DNA of 64,000 nucleotides from Pavona decussata (taxonomy: Eukaryota), in the NCBI GenBank assembly GCA_977016875.1, contig CDRNST010000104.1, positions 1,550,001 to 1,614,000 of the forward strand, read 5' to 3'. A program made the translations under genes and the position numbers. Positions 1 to 13,220 of this stretch are shown here, one piece after another. Position 1 is the first letter of the stretch. Each line of letters begins with the position of its first letter. Below the pieces are notes generated by a model. That model did not search any database. It was not told the origin of the DNA and saw only the letters and a list, made by a program, of their open reading frames with translations.

Positions 1-656
1 ACCACTACACTAAATACCATAAACTTAGCAAATGATGTGAAAATTAGTTATTTATTCCAAAATCACTAATAACATTGTTTACATCGATGGAAATTCATTT
101 CTACTCAGCATTTGAGAAAGAAAACACTTATCAAACGAGGATTTATTATTTGGTCAGAGAAACCTCCAAAATTACTCATTGAAGCATGTCTCATAAAAAA
201 ATGAAAGAGAACTGAAGCTCACTCAACTGCATGTCATGTCACTCAAATCACTTGCGCGACACGTGAAGATGACCGACTTTCTGTTAAACCCTTCTGTGCA
301 GTTGTGCGTGTTGGACATGTGCACTTGGAAAATCGCGACACCAATACTAAAAAAGAATAACAGAACCAAATCCAAGACTTGGTGCCTTTCAGGCCCAAGT
401 AATAATACTACTAGCTTCTATCACGAATACCATTCTCTGGTTGGCTAAGCTACTCGCTCTATTTTTCCTCCTGTCCCCAATTAGTTTACAGTAATTTAAA
501 TTACATGAAACATGAGTATGCAAATCATACTGTAAAATGAAGTCCCCTTTGGGCTAGCTAAATTTCCCTGAGTCAATTCTAATCTTGTTTGTCCTTGGCA
601 GAAAAGAAAGACAAAAATTGTACATGTTGTTCAAGGGTTTTCACTATTCCCCACAG

Positions 657-884
657 GAGGACTTTCAACAGTATCGAATTGACTGGGATGGGCCACTTCC
701 AGAAGAAGCTTCTTCAGATGGCGTGTTCATGGAGGTGCCAGAAACAGGTTGTCCATTAGGTCCAGATCAGTATCAGCAACTTGCCACCACAGTCCTTCCA
801 CTAAGGGAAAGCAATTCTTATGCGATAGACATCTATTTAGAAACAGTAATGTTTGTTAACACTCATGCTGTAACTGCACCATAA
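657..884 (+). pseudogene. C-terminal exon of an IS3EU-type (integrase-core) DDE transposase
   Basis: The translation YRIDWDGPLP...MEVPETGCPL...LPLRESNSYAIDIYL resembles the C-terminus of integrase-core/IS3EU transposases. An acceptor (ttccccacag) ends at about 656. The exon converges on a HECT remnant. Confidence 0.55.
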
Positions 885-2392
885 GCTGACCTACCACTAC
901 AACATCAGTAAAGTACATACAAATCTCCCAAGTGAACATAATGTGAGCTAGCTGATACTTCAATGGCAGGCATTGAAAGTTCTCACTTTTGTGAAAACAT
1001 TGCCAGCGATCAGTTAATGAAAAAGTGCCTAAATGAAATCAGGGAAACCTGGAGCTTTACTCAGTAATAACCTTATTACATACTTGGTACAGAAAATTCC
1101 CCCACATCGTTTAAGCAGTATGAATTCCATTTTCTGCATTCAATGTATTTTTAACTGTTGACTGTATGGCCACAACAAGAAGCATTAAAAAGTTGAGTAA
1201 GGTGACCTTTTATAGGGATAACCTCGCGGTCCCCCTTTTCAAATATGTATCGTATATCATGTTTCAAATTATAAAGTATTATTATTATTATATTATAAAT
1301 ATATTATTATTATTATTATTATTATTGTTGTTGTTGCTCTACAGGGTTTGAAATTCCAGTTAATTGCAAACAGAAATATTGAATTTCGTAGCAAAACCAA
1401 CCGTTACGTTGCGGCCTACTATGGCGATCTCGCAGGGCTCAAAGTCACGCACGACCACAACAGGTACTTCCATGGCCAGCATATTGCATGTTAATTTATT
1501 CTACGTTGGAGTGAAAGGCCAATTGAAACAACAGTGAAGTGTATTTCCTTGCAACTCTTCACAGCTAAGCACTACGGACCTTTTCTTTACAATTTATATT
1601 TACTGTTGTTTATTGTTTTTCTTCAACGAAGCAGCTTGTGGTGAATGACACTTTTTTCTTTCTTCTATGGTTATTAGGTTTTTGTCAGGGTTAGGATTAT
1701 TTATTAGTTATTAAAGGTAGTGTGTGGTGAAACGTACTTCGAATTTCAAGAGTCTGAATATGCCTTTAATCATTTTGTAATAATGTGAATGACTATAATG
1801 TAGGCAATATCTTTTTACAATGGACAACTTCCTGTATATTACAGAACTTCAAACATTTAGAAATCACGAATTAACTAAAGCATTTAACTTGTACATTTCA
1901 GCCATTAAAAACTGTAACAATTTTTACCATTAATATAAACTGTAACATTTTCAAATTTGTGCTATCCACTCCAGTCTACAAATACTTAACAACACTAAAA
2001 GTGCCCAGTCATTTGACAGAGGGTTGCAGAGAGTTTTGAAGAGGGAGTATGGGACAGACCTTGTGCTTTTGCAACTACAACTGTACATGTATTTACGCTT
2101 TACCTTGATTGGAATGACTTCTCAGTCATTCAAACAAAATCTCAGGATTGATTTCGTATTTCAAAATCAAAGATGCCTTCTATCTGAAGTACTTGAAAGA
2201 TAATTTGATCTCTAGGAAGCAAAAACAGTGCTACAGTGTAACATTTCTTTCAAATTTCAGTGCACCTCTGTCTCCCGCCTTTTCTCCTGCAGAAGTGAAA
2301 TGTTTGGATCCTAGTTACACTTAATACATCATGCATTGTTGTGTGTATTAATAAAAGCAGACAATTTCAATTTTACCCAAAGGTCTAACGTG

Positions 2393-2785
2393 TCATAATA
2401 ACAATTCTTTATAATAAACACTGGCGAATGCCTTCCCACCATTATCACAAACTGCCTGTAGTGCAGCCAGGAAAGTATCATGGTCAGAGAAACGTCTTGG
2501 CAATGTGACTTTCTTAGTGCAAATAGAGGAAAAAATGGAACCAACATCATCAAACTCTACCCTGATCGCTCCTAAACCAAAGTCTGGTAAGCAGGGTACC
2601 CCAATGGCGAAGGTAAGGAATGCCTTAAGAACCCTTGGTGTTGCACCGACTATGAACTCGTTCATGTGCTCCATGATGTTTTTTTCATCATCACTCATCT
2701 CTGATGGAACTATCAGTATTTCCTTGACATCAGAACCCTGCACTTCTTTTTCTCCTGCAACAAATAGCTCTTTGAAAAGTTCTTC
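2393..2785 (-). pseudogene. C-terminal HECT-like (G2E3-like) E3 ligase exon, copy 1
   Basis: ELFKELFV...LKAFLTFAIGVPCLP...FSSICTKKVTLP...FLAAL matches the HECT C-lobe, and the putative catalytic Cys (SIC) is retained. Paralogous to 35200-36265. Confidence 0.7.
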
Positions 2786-3099
2786 GCGATATTTTTTGCA
2801 AATCTTCGTTTTTTTAGAAAGATTTTCGTTTTTCGGATTGAAATGGTTTTAACGTTCATTCAGTGTTATTCACAGTTGATAAATATTTCACTTCAATAGC
2901 AAATTGCATAACTCACTGTGTAAATTCATAAAAAGCGATATAAACAGTTATCGAAACAATAAAGGATTGTTGAATTCTTTGGCGATGTTCTGTTTGTTCA
3001 GTGTTTTATGCCATTTACGACATTTGAAGACTGGGTTTTCTTTATGTGATGCCACAAGCTCGTAGCCTTAACATACACAACTAACGTGATGACTTGAAA

Positions 3100-5630
3100 T
3101 GTGGGTTATTCTACCCTCCCACCACTGTCACCTTTTTAGTCATGTCAGTAGTACATCATGTCCTCATTTCGCCTTTTTCTAATGCCTCTTTCTCTGCGGC
3201 TTTGAATTTCAGTTGCTTCAACATCAATATATTCGACATGCTTGCTTTCAACAGGGGACTCTGCTTGCAGCTGGTCATTCTGTTCTTGGTTTTCAGATTC
3301 TACAAACTCTGTAACTGTACAAGCGGTTGGGGTTTGGGGCCTTATAGAGTTCAGTATTCGTAAGTAGCACTTGTCTGTTAAGTGTATAATATCATTATTG
3401 TCTCGAGTATGTCATTGTCACTCAAAGGAAACAGAATTCCTTTCTTTAATACTCTTCTGGATCCTACGGCCACAAAGCAGCCAAATTGTTTATCTGTCGT
3501 CTCAGTAAAGGAGTACCACAGAACATTGATTTTGGTCTCATTGGGGTTATCAAATACATCTGATCCCGTCATAGTAATTTAGAAATTTGCTCTTGGGATG
3601 TCATCTGGAGCAAGCATATCGTATCCCGGCTTGACTACGGGACGACTCCCTTTTGAAACAGGACTTGGACAGGATGATGCTCCCTGTTTACAGCTTCTAC
3701 TACATTTTCTTCTCCACACTGTTCTCTTTCAAAGTGCATTCTGGAACTGGTTACTTCTGTCTGACTCATCCCCTCTGCATTGGCAAATGATGGAAGGGTG
3801 CCAGCGTCATATTCACTGATATCTCTGACAGACCGTTGCCGAACGCCACCACAATACTGCCTCTGCTATTCCTGCAGTTCCTGTAAATCTTCAGGTGGGA
3901 TGGGGGCTGTTGTTGGTGGTTTGACAACCGCCAATAGTCTTGTTGTTATTGTTGTTGTTGACAGGCCATTGGATAGCGCACTGAAGGTGTTAGGTCTGGA
4001 TAGTGGGCTTTTTTGGGTGTGAGGTAAAGGAAGGATGCATGTGTCATCCTCTTTACTGTCTCCTGTATTGTGGGCATCAGCAGCTGGGCATATTGCAGCA
4101 TGTACGGCATGGCATGACGACCACACACATTCGAAAAAAATTGTTCAATCACAAGGGTCAGGATTGAAAGAGACCTAAATGCTTGTTCGTAATCTGCAGT
4201 TAACTCGTGCTCGTCTACATTGCTAAATAGATCCTTCAGTTCCTTCAGGGTGTCAGTGACCCAGGTCACAGCCTCCACGGTTATGTAAGCTGTGAGCCAT
4301 GTGGCCCTTCAAAGTTTAGAGTTGGGTTCTGAACGTGTTCCCTGATATTGCTGACAAGTTCATTGAAGTATTGCTGGACCTTGGCCATGTTGGTGATAAC
4401 CTCGACAAGTCCAACTTGCCTAGTGTACCCGTATTTGGTCTTGTCAGAATGTACAGAAAACACCTGAAACATCTTTTGGATGTTTTTCAAGTATGAAGCC
4501 AATGCGGATGTTGGAGTGATGATTCTCAGAGTTTGTGATCCTGTGTCACACACATACACTGTATGCCCCTTAGTTGCCAAGCCAGTGGGTTGTGCATGAC
4601 TACTTGACGGCGACTTTCCACTTGCTGTCTTCAATTCTCCATTTCCAGAAATTACAGTGACCTCACCGTTGGGTGTTAGCTGTTTGACCAGGTTTCGTTT
4701 CCTGTCCGTGAAGATCAGATTCAGGCCATCAACGGCTACGCCATGTGTTACGGCACACTGATTGTTGGTTATCTCTTTCTGTGGCACTATACCATCAAGA
4801 CAAAGCTTCGTTTTACCACCAGACTCTTCGTTCAAGTCAGCAACATAGAAACAGCTCTCATGGTATGGCAGTCCATGTGGTAAGCAGTTCATTGGTAAGT
4901 CTTTAATTCGTCGAGCAGTTGCCTGGAAGGCAATACCAGAGATGGTTAGCTCATACACTGACTGATTGTTGGCAGTAAAAAGAAGGTCCAGGCATGAGGC
5001 CAGAACTTTTGGATGGTGAATTTGTGCATTAACAATCTTCAAACGTATAACTAACATTTTCTTGTCCTTTCCTTTATCTCCAACACCATTGTTGACATTG
5101 TTGTCTTCCCTGTGAATTTCCTGTGGTATCGGTGTCATCTGAGGTATTTGTTCTTGATGATCCTCAATCCATCTCTGAAGTTTTTGTCGTAGAGCAGGAC
5201 AACTGTAGTCAGTAAGCTGGGCATCTTTCAGAATAATGCCTTTTTCCTCAGTAAAGGCAAACAATTCACGCTTGCTTATCCTCTTGGGAGAAATAGTTGC
5301 TCTTTGGAAAGATCACAATAGCAGATGCCTCTTGCCTCAGTTACAAATGCAGTTCCATTCATGTAGTGCACGTTGAGCGGGCTTTGAAGATTCTGTGCAA
5401 TAACTTCAACGTTAGCAGGATAATGCAATCGAGCTTTAAGCACCCTGCCTTTGTTGTGGGCGTGCCCTTGATCAAGTACTAAAATGGTACCAAATGGTCC
5501 TACATTGACAGAGGCTGGCCTTTGCACGATTCTCTTTGCATTTCCTCGCCAAACCCAGTAAGGCTTAGGTAAGGGGGTGGCAGTGACCATCGTAACATCT
5601 CTTAGAAGATCGATGACGCCTGGCTGGTAG
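3100..5630 (-). pseudogene. 3' two-thirds of a P-like transposase gene with NHL repeats and a SAP-like domain (divergent homolog of 49872-53262)
   Basis: ORFs 5276-5668, 4281-5264, 3946-4278 and 3866-4126 align colinearly with the second copy: KARLHYPANV/KACLHSPVDK, QPTGLAT..VYVCD/QPIGICT..IHICD, FSVH, GPHG/GPQG, LTLVIEQFFS/MTLDVENCHS, ETVKRMTH..HYP/ESVKRVTH..WYP, VRQRSVR..GTLP/VRQRTVR..GTLP. Stops and frameshifts are present. Confidence 0.75.
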
Positions 5631-6418
5631 ATACAAAGTAATTCTTGAGTATGGTTTATCAATTTCATCCTTGTATCTCTTCAAGGTAAAGGGTTTCTAA
5701 GATCCAGGAAGTGTAAGAACTCAGTTTTTGTCACCGTACCGTAGGTGGTATAATGCTTTGTTACAGCTCTTTATAACATTTTTGTTGAATCGTTTGTGCT
5801 TGCCTACTGCTTTCCCCAGTAAATCGTCGGCAGCAATACACTGTGGGACGGTCAACGGCAGTGTGATTCTTCTCTTTATGCTCAGAACGCCATCCTTTAG
5901 TGTCATGACACCAATGTTGACCTTCACTTCTGAGTTCACATCTGACTTCTTGAGCACTCTAGGTCTCTTAGCAGTTTTCGGGCGTTTACTGCGAAAATAC
6001 TCCTTTCTATCCTTTTCTATGCGAGCTTTGAACCGTGTAAATGTTAATGGCGTTGTCCCACTGCCACTGGTCCTGTTTTACATCAACTGCACTAATGTCT
6101 CTCTTCAAGGCACTATCATTTAGACTTATTGTCTTCCACACTGGTGATAAAACTGTGCTGCTGAGACATTCTGTTCCACAAGAGGAGCAGAACATTTTGA
6201 GGAAACAGAAGTTGTGGATAAGCGCTCGAAAAATCAAGGCAAGATGTAATGGCGGGAGTATGCAGCAGAATAACTGGAATGTGCATGTGCATATTTTCTG
6301 TGGTTTAATATCGAGCAACACTTTTTAAATTTGCAGCAACCTTTATAAATTTGCAGCAACTTTTATAAATTTGGAGCAGCCTTTTTTATTTGTAGCATGT
6401 CCCTTGTGGGCCACCATA
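5630..6418 (-). mobile_element. 5' end of an IS3EU-like element, including the start of its accessory (HECT-family N-terminal) ORF
   Basis: The minus-strand terminus TATGGTGGCCCACAAGGGACATG at 6418 is TAYGG-type, followed by about 21-bp aatttgcagcaac subterminal repeats (6328-6400). The degraded ORF reads MFCSSCG...VKVNIGVM...LPLTV...LPGS.KPFTLKRYKDEIDKPYSRITLYL. Confidence 0.5.
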
Positions 6419-7415
6419 GAGTGTTCAATTTGATCACGCAAAGTTTGGTAAATTTTCAGATCTTCGTTTTTTCTGTGGTGATCTTCGTGTATTCAATGTC
6501 TTCAGAGGTATGTGACAATCATACGTACAGTATGTATCTGACCTTGGCATTTCCCAATTGAAACATATTCTGTTTGCTTGCTGTTTATCGTCAGTTGTAA
6601 ATTTACACTCAATAAACCAAAATGGTTGCTGTCTCTGTATATTAAACACTTTAATTTGAATGTAAGCCTTGCACTTCACTGTCCTTGGATGACTCCTTAG
6701 TCTGACTTTAAGTGAGTGACATTTACAGCTGTTGGTAATCATCACAACAAAAGTTATTTACAAACGTACAGATAATGTCATGGAAAGTCCACAGTCAGAG
6801 AGAACACTTGTTGTCTCATCAAAGTCCACAAGATCAACAACCTGTGCAACCTCGAATAATGAAAAACAAATTCTACATTGGTGTAGGTAAGAATTTTTGC
6901 ATATATTTTTTTTACTCCAATGTCCCAGTATCGAGTATCTTGGGAAGCTAAAATAGCTAGTAAAAATAAGTTTCACTTTTCTTATTTATATTCCCATCAC
7001 ACAGTAACAAGTATCTTCAGAAGTTAAAATGTGTTAACTAAAACCTCAGAATTATGTTTCCATGCATGCTCTCAAGAGAGTCTAACAAAAATGATATCAG
7101 AGGCACGGGTTTCATTAGAAGCCAGCAACTTTTGAAAACCACGTCTACTTACTGGTAGTCAGAATTTACCTCTAAATGCTGCCAACGTTGTCTAGATTTT
7201 CACTCAAAATGATAAAAAATATTAATCAGGTCCTCACCTACTTTGGTTAGCTCAGATAGCTATTTACTGAAACCCCTGAGGAGACATACATATCTATCTT
7301 GCCAGGTCACATCAAACGTAACTTGTCTAAAGCTCTAAATTCTATGATTTCCTCAAAATAGGATTTTATTAGCATAGTTTCCAAACACTTTATAGTTTTA
7401 AACTTTTCTCTTACC

Positions 7416-8170
7416 TTAGATGTAAAATATTCCATCTGAATTGAGCAGTCTTTGAGGATAACTCCTTTGATTGCTTCATGTAAATCACCTGTGACCAAAT
7501 AATTATACACTGCTGAACTAAATACAGGAAATCCTGGTCCTCCCTGTAATATGCTGTGCACTATGATGGTCCCAACCAGCTTCATAACACCAGATGCTAC
7601 CATATGTCACAATCATAGACTGGACTTCGGTATGTATCACCCTAAAAAAAGGTGTCTGAAATTACACTCAGTAGTTGAGTATAAAATTGTCGAATGACCT
7701 CCCTCCCCCCCCCCCCCCCCCCCCGTGTCTGCTGCTTGTTCCTTGTATAGAATTCGTAGCTTCTCTCTTGGGTCAAAATCTTTATCTTTGTAATAAGCCA
7801 TTGCATCATTCATAATGTCTTCATCTATCTTTAATTTCTCTCTTTGACCTTGAGAAAAGTTTTTCTCAAGATTTTGCAACTCAGACCTGAGGTTAGGCTC
7901 AATTCCCGCTGAGCCTAAAGAGATGTCTGCAGTGTCACTAGAGTTTCCCAGTGGTTTACAAGGTGAATGCATCGTGTCATTTTCGTCATCATCATCATCA
8001 TTATCATCAGTGTCAATGTTCTCAGTAGTAGGTAACAGTGACATGACAGCCTGATTGAATGACCCCTCCACTTGAAGGCAGCTTTCAAGAAATCTCGTTT
8101 TTCACCAGGAAACATTTCTGAGAGGTAGTTTATTTCTCTCGCAACGGCTAAGGCATCATTATCACTGCTA
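7416..8170 (-). pseudogene. HECT-like E3 ligase exon, copy 1 (N-lobe)
   Basis: EQAADTGG, MKLVGTIIVHSILQGGPGFPVFSSAVYNYL. Motifs are near-identical to 37369-37947. Frameshifted at a poly-C run near 7700-7724. Confidence 0.75.
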
Positions 8171-8269
8171 AGAATCCAAAATGTTTGAATACAGTTAAGT
8201 GTATAATACTAGAAATACAGAATGATCAAACAACTACAGAAGAGGGCTGCTTTGCTGACTTGTCAAATG

Positions 8270-9965
8270 TCATAACAACATTCTTAGTGTTCTCGCTGCT
8301 TCAGTAGCTTCAATAGAACGGAGTGGCTCTGGTTCTAATACAGATATATCATCATCTAAATCGTCTGCCTCTTCTTCTCTTTCATGGTTGGCCGAATCCA
8401 TGGACTGGACTGCTCCCAATGCTTCCCGTGTCGCCTCTTTGTCTGTTGGTTGACATTCAGTCACAACATTGTTATCTAAAGATACAAAGTCACTGGATGA
8501 TATCTCTGCAAGAAAGGGACAGTGATGGGTAATGCTTCCCCATAGGCCTCCGCCAGATTCATTTGTTTCTTCTTCCTCATCCGACTCAAATGGATCATCT
8601 GAGGGCTCTGCTACTTCATCTGGGTATCCTGCTTTATTCCAGCAGTTGCTCATTGTTGTGATGCTTACATTGTCCCAGGTGTTGCCCGTTATAAAAACAG
8701 CATCTTTGAGGTTGATTGCTTCAACAGGTTTATTTTCATCTAAGCACTGCACATTCCTTCTGATCATTGTCTTGCGATAACAGACTTTAACATTCTGGAT
8801 AATGCCTTGGTCCACCGGTTGTAACTTGCTTGTGCAGCTGCGAGGAAAGAAGATTAACTTTACGTTCGTCAGACCAGCGACACAAACATGAGAAGACCAG
8901 TGATCTATAAATAACAGAATATGGCGGTTTGTTACTCTCATTTGTCTGTCAATTTGATGAACCCATTTTTCAAACAGAGCACTGCCCATCCGAGCTTTCA
9001 TTTGAGACTCATGGGTGACAGGAAGCAAATTCATATTAATGTACTTAAAACATCTGGGTTTGGCATATTTTCCTATCACCAAAAGGGGTAGCCTCTCTGT
9101 GCCATCCTGGTTGCAGGCCACAAGGACTGTCACGCGATCTTTACTTTTCTTACCACCAGTGCATTTTTCTCCTCTTAAGTTTAGTGAATTTTTTAAATAA
9201 TTTATTTACTTGTAATACTACAGTACTTACATTACTACATTACTTGAATACCGCAGTACTTACAATACTACATTCCTTACAATACTAACATTTCCATCTT
9301 TCCTCCCAATTATTTACAACCCACTATTAATTAGCCTTGTTTTCTGATACTAAAGACTTGCAAAATGATACTTACGATATACTTCAACTGCTGAAAACTG
9401 CTCAAGTTTAGTTTTTGAGTCGGGGTAGCTTTCCACATAAATCCAGTTTTGTCAGCATTGAAGTGATCTTTCATACTGTAGCTGCGGCAAAAATCCGGGA
9501 GACGCTCACTCCAAGTTTCAACAATACCAGGATCTACACTCTTCTCTTCACCACATACAGCTTGGCCTGTAATTCCATGTCTTTCCTTTAACTTATCTAG
9601 AAAGCCATTACTTGCCTTGAAGTTCTCATGCCCCAACTGTTGTGCAAAATACTGGGCTTTTTCTTGCAAGAGTGGTCCACTAACTGAGATATTCATGGCT
9701 TGAACCTTGCGGAACCATTCAGAGAGCACTTTGTCCAGATCTGAAAAAGTCGACTGTTTCATCTTTTTTTGTTTCTCTTTGTACAATCCTCCTTCAAAGG
9801 CACTAACAATGTCGTCCTTCTTCTTCATAATGGTCGAGATAGAAGACTGCGACAAAGGCGGGTCAAAACGTTTAGCCACAACAGCGTCTTTCTCCGCAAT
9901 CTTAATTGAGAACTCGTCTCTTCTTTGTCTCTTGTTTCTTGGACTTCGTCGACTGCGATGTCACC
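8270..9965 (-). mobile_element. Degenerate Tigger/pogo (TIGD4/6-like) transposase
   Basis: CENP-B HTH (LSEWFRKV...SGPLLQEKA...FKASNGFL), FNADKTG, VLVACNQDG, LLFIDH, LQPVDQGII: a DDE_1 domain split by an insertion at 9186-9403. Confidence 0.9.
9186..9403 (-). mobile_element. Short insertion, probably a 5'-truncated non-LTR 3' end, inside the Tigger ORF
   Basis: Flanked by the direct repeat aagtttagt (9177-9185 and 9404-9412). Contains a low-complexity tactac/tacaatac tract. Confidence 0.6.
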
Positions 9966-12278
9966 GTTAAAGTAAAGTTGCTTAAAACAAGATTGAAAAA
10001 TCTTGTTTTAAGTTCCTGAGATAAGATTTTCCAACCTCAAAACAAGTTACCCAAAATCTCAAATCAAGAAACCCTTGGATTGAAACAAGAATTTATTTCT
10101 CATTTTAAGATACAAAAAATAAGAATCTTTAAACTGAAAACAAGGAACCATCAGATTGAAATAAGAACACATTTCTTATTTTAAGGTACAAAAATAAAGA
10201 TCTTTGAACTTACAACAAGAAAATTGTTCTTGATCCAAGCAAATGTTTTAAGTTAAAGTGTCTCGAAATAAGGACATTAATTCCTAATTTAAGTTAACCA
10301 AAATCAAAGAGTAACTAGGCATGAGGACTGATGCATCCCTGTCACTGAAAAAATGTACAAAACTCAATTATTATACAATCATAACTTTGACTTACACTTG
10401 TCAAATTAGTGTTTGACACTAGAATCCATGTATTGGTCTACTAAAACCACAACTGGGTATTTAAAATTGCTTTTATGTTTGAGCAATCTTTAATAAATGT
10501 TGAGGTACTGGTCAGTCTAATTGCTGTTTTTTTTTTTTTAACTACTGGTCTGACTGACAAATCCAATGTCTTAAGTACATGAAGTTAGTGCCAAACACTA
10601 CATTTTAACAAAGATATATAATAGTAAATTACAAAACTACTGCTTCTGTTAGAAGAGATAAGCTATAGACTGTAAACGTACTTAAAGTTGGCCGTAGCCT
10701 TGAAATATCAACTGCCAGGAAGCATAATTTCACACCAGCCAACCAGTGGAGCTAAATTAAGTGATACTACAATCCTTAAATTTTTGGAAGCTGATCTGAC
10801 AGTGGCACAAGTTAATGGCAAACAAAAGACAGTTCATTACTGTAACCCAAGGCATTATAACGTATATAAAGGTTCTAAAGGTGATTTAAACTTACAAACT
10901 GTGATCACAGTCAAACAACGAACAATGACAGCTCATATGTAGTTGATACTCTACCACCATCAGAGTCTTTATAGTATAAACAAGGAATGTTAACTACCAA
11001 AAATTAACCTCTAGAGGCTTTACAGAAGAATCCTGCTCTCTAAAAAGATTAATACTTTCCACTTCAGCTGCTAGGAGTTGTTTTTTTTTCTATGCTGGTT
11101 GAAAAGTTTATTCTCAGTTTGTTTTAAAACATAACTCTTACGTTTCGGAACAATACCAAGGACATGTTCTTCCAAGAATTTGTACATGTTTTTTTCTGTT
11201 TCTCCATACTGCAAGTTGAAAGCAAAATAAACTGCTAACAACGTAACCAGAGATGAAGTAAAAATAGAGTGATATGCCAGTGGCTGGCACTCACAAAGTA
11301 CATCCTTCTCCAAGATGACAAAAATTTGTGTGTTGTCCACTCTATCACGTACAAATGGTTCATCCATTGAGAAAAGTAAATGTGGTAGTGCAGAGGGGAC
11401 TCTTGTTCTCAGGAATCCCTCCATCTTTTCACCTTCCTAGAAGAAAACATTAACTTTAGTTAACATAATCAGCTGAAGATTAGATCGTTATAATGCATAC
11501 ATGCTCCCTATGTTTTGGGCAAGTTGTGCGATGACAATCTACTTCTCCCTATTTTTTCAGCCAGAAAAATACAATGCATTGTATGGTTTACTGTTGAAGG
11601 CTTAATCGATGATGCTACTAGCCTCCCAAAATGCCATTAGTTCAATGCATCATGCAAAAAGAAAGGACATTAACCATATTAAGTTTTGCCACTGAGCCAG
11701 CACGTCTAACCAAACAACATTGTAATTTTTCATCAAAAGGTGGCTCAGCTCTCACCGATTTTTCTGCTTTATGAGACAAAACGAGATCTTGGCAGAAGGG
11801 TTAAAGAGAACTACCAAAAAGGGATAGACAGGTGCAAACATTGAAGCATGGACAAAGCAAGTATATCACCTTCGGCAGGAAAAGCACATGTCAGAGCTGC
11901 TCATCCACATTGCAAAATACAATTATTCTTGTTCTCACTGACTAATAATAATTAATAATTAGGTTTTCTTAACTTTACTTAATCTTAGTTGAATAGATTT
12001 TACTTGATATTTTTTAAGTCTCCCCAATTAGTAGGGCACTTGTGCTCAGCTATTAAGATTTGAGACTTAAATAAAGTTGTTATTATGTGCAGTTGATAAA
12101 CGTATGGATGCTTAAATAGAACCACATAGGGCGCGCAGCGTGACCTATGCGATCTGAAGGAACTATAAAAAGAAAACTGCTGAGTTAAAAAAATTAACGA
12201 TAAAATATTAAAATCTTATAGCCAATCTCAAGCTCTCTAATACTAAAACTACATTGAGCTCCTATGCTATTCGCTCAA

Positions 12279-12332
<54 letters not shown>

Positions 12333-12334
12333 CC

Positions 12335-13220
12335 TTTTCGTCCTTTCGGTTTGTGGAGCATAGTATTGTGCAAATAACCTTTTTTGAGGGACCCTTGCAG
12401 AACATTTTGAGACATATTGGGAATCAAGTAATATCTTGTAAAATAAATTGTACGCTGTGCCACACCATTTAACTGGGGATAGATTTTATTGTCACTGGAT
12501 ACTCTGTTTGTTCCACCTTGAGCTGCTCTGTTATTGGTCTAAAAGCAGTGTCAAAAAACCAAACACCAAGTCTTGCTGCACCACGTCAATACTTTCCAAT
12601 GAAAAGGTTTGGGAGGTCAACATTTCCTTAAAAGTTTTGTTTTCATGGTGAATACTTTGGTATGATATTTTGCATTCTCTTTGAAGCTGTAGCTGTTAAT
12701 GCAACTAAGCAACTAATGGTACACTGAGGAACAAGGACCCCAAGAGACTGTCAGCTACATAAGTGCTGGTCAGAAGTCCTGTCTCCTTGTGTAAAAAGAG
12801 CCAAATAAGCGTAATCCCATGCATTAAATGGCAAAACGTTACTTTGAAGACAGTATGATAGCATTATTACGAGAGATAAGGATAAGTTGTAATGTTTGAT
12901 GTTTCATCCTTGCGGTTTGTGGAACATGGTATTGTGCAAATAACCTGTTTTTGAATGACCCTTTCACTAACATTTTGGGAAATATTGGGAATCATGCAAT
13001 ATCTTGCAAAATAAATTGTATGCTGTGCCACACTATTAGAGCAGGGATAGATTATTGTCACTGTCCACCTTGAGCTGCTGTGCTATTGGCCTAGAAGCAG
13101 TGGCAAGACACCAAACGCCAAGTCTTCATGCACCATGTTGTAGATGCACCACAATGAAAATGTTTGGGAGGTTAATATTTGCTATTGTTAAGAGGTTGTT
13201 TTTATGGTCAATACTTGACA
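12335..13220. repeat. Diverged local duplication of about 320 bp (12335-12660 vs 12903-13220)
   Basis: ttcgtcctttcggtttgtggagcatagtattgtgcaaataacc vs ttcatccttgcggtttgtggaacatggtattgtgcaaataacc, with colinear similarity downstream. Confidence 0.8.

Noticed and set aside
1166-1351. Poly-Leu/Tyr/Ile/Asn ORFs (also 12254-12472 and the N-termini of 15598-15939 and 58509-58841) as membrane proteins
   Set aside because: They are translations of (TAT/AAT)n microsatellites.
5276-5957. ORFs 5276-5668 and 5721-5957 as one gene
   Set aside because: The sequence above about 5630 belongs to a different (IS3EU accessory-like) reading frame, so the junction is chimeric.
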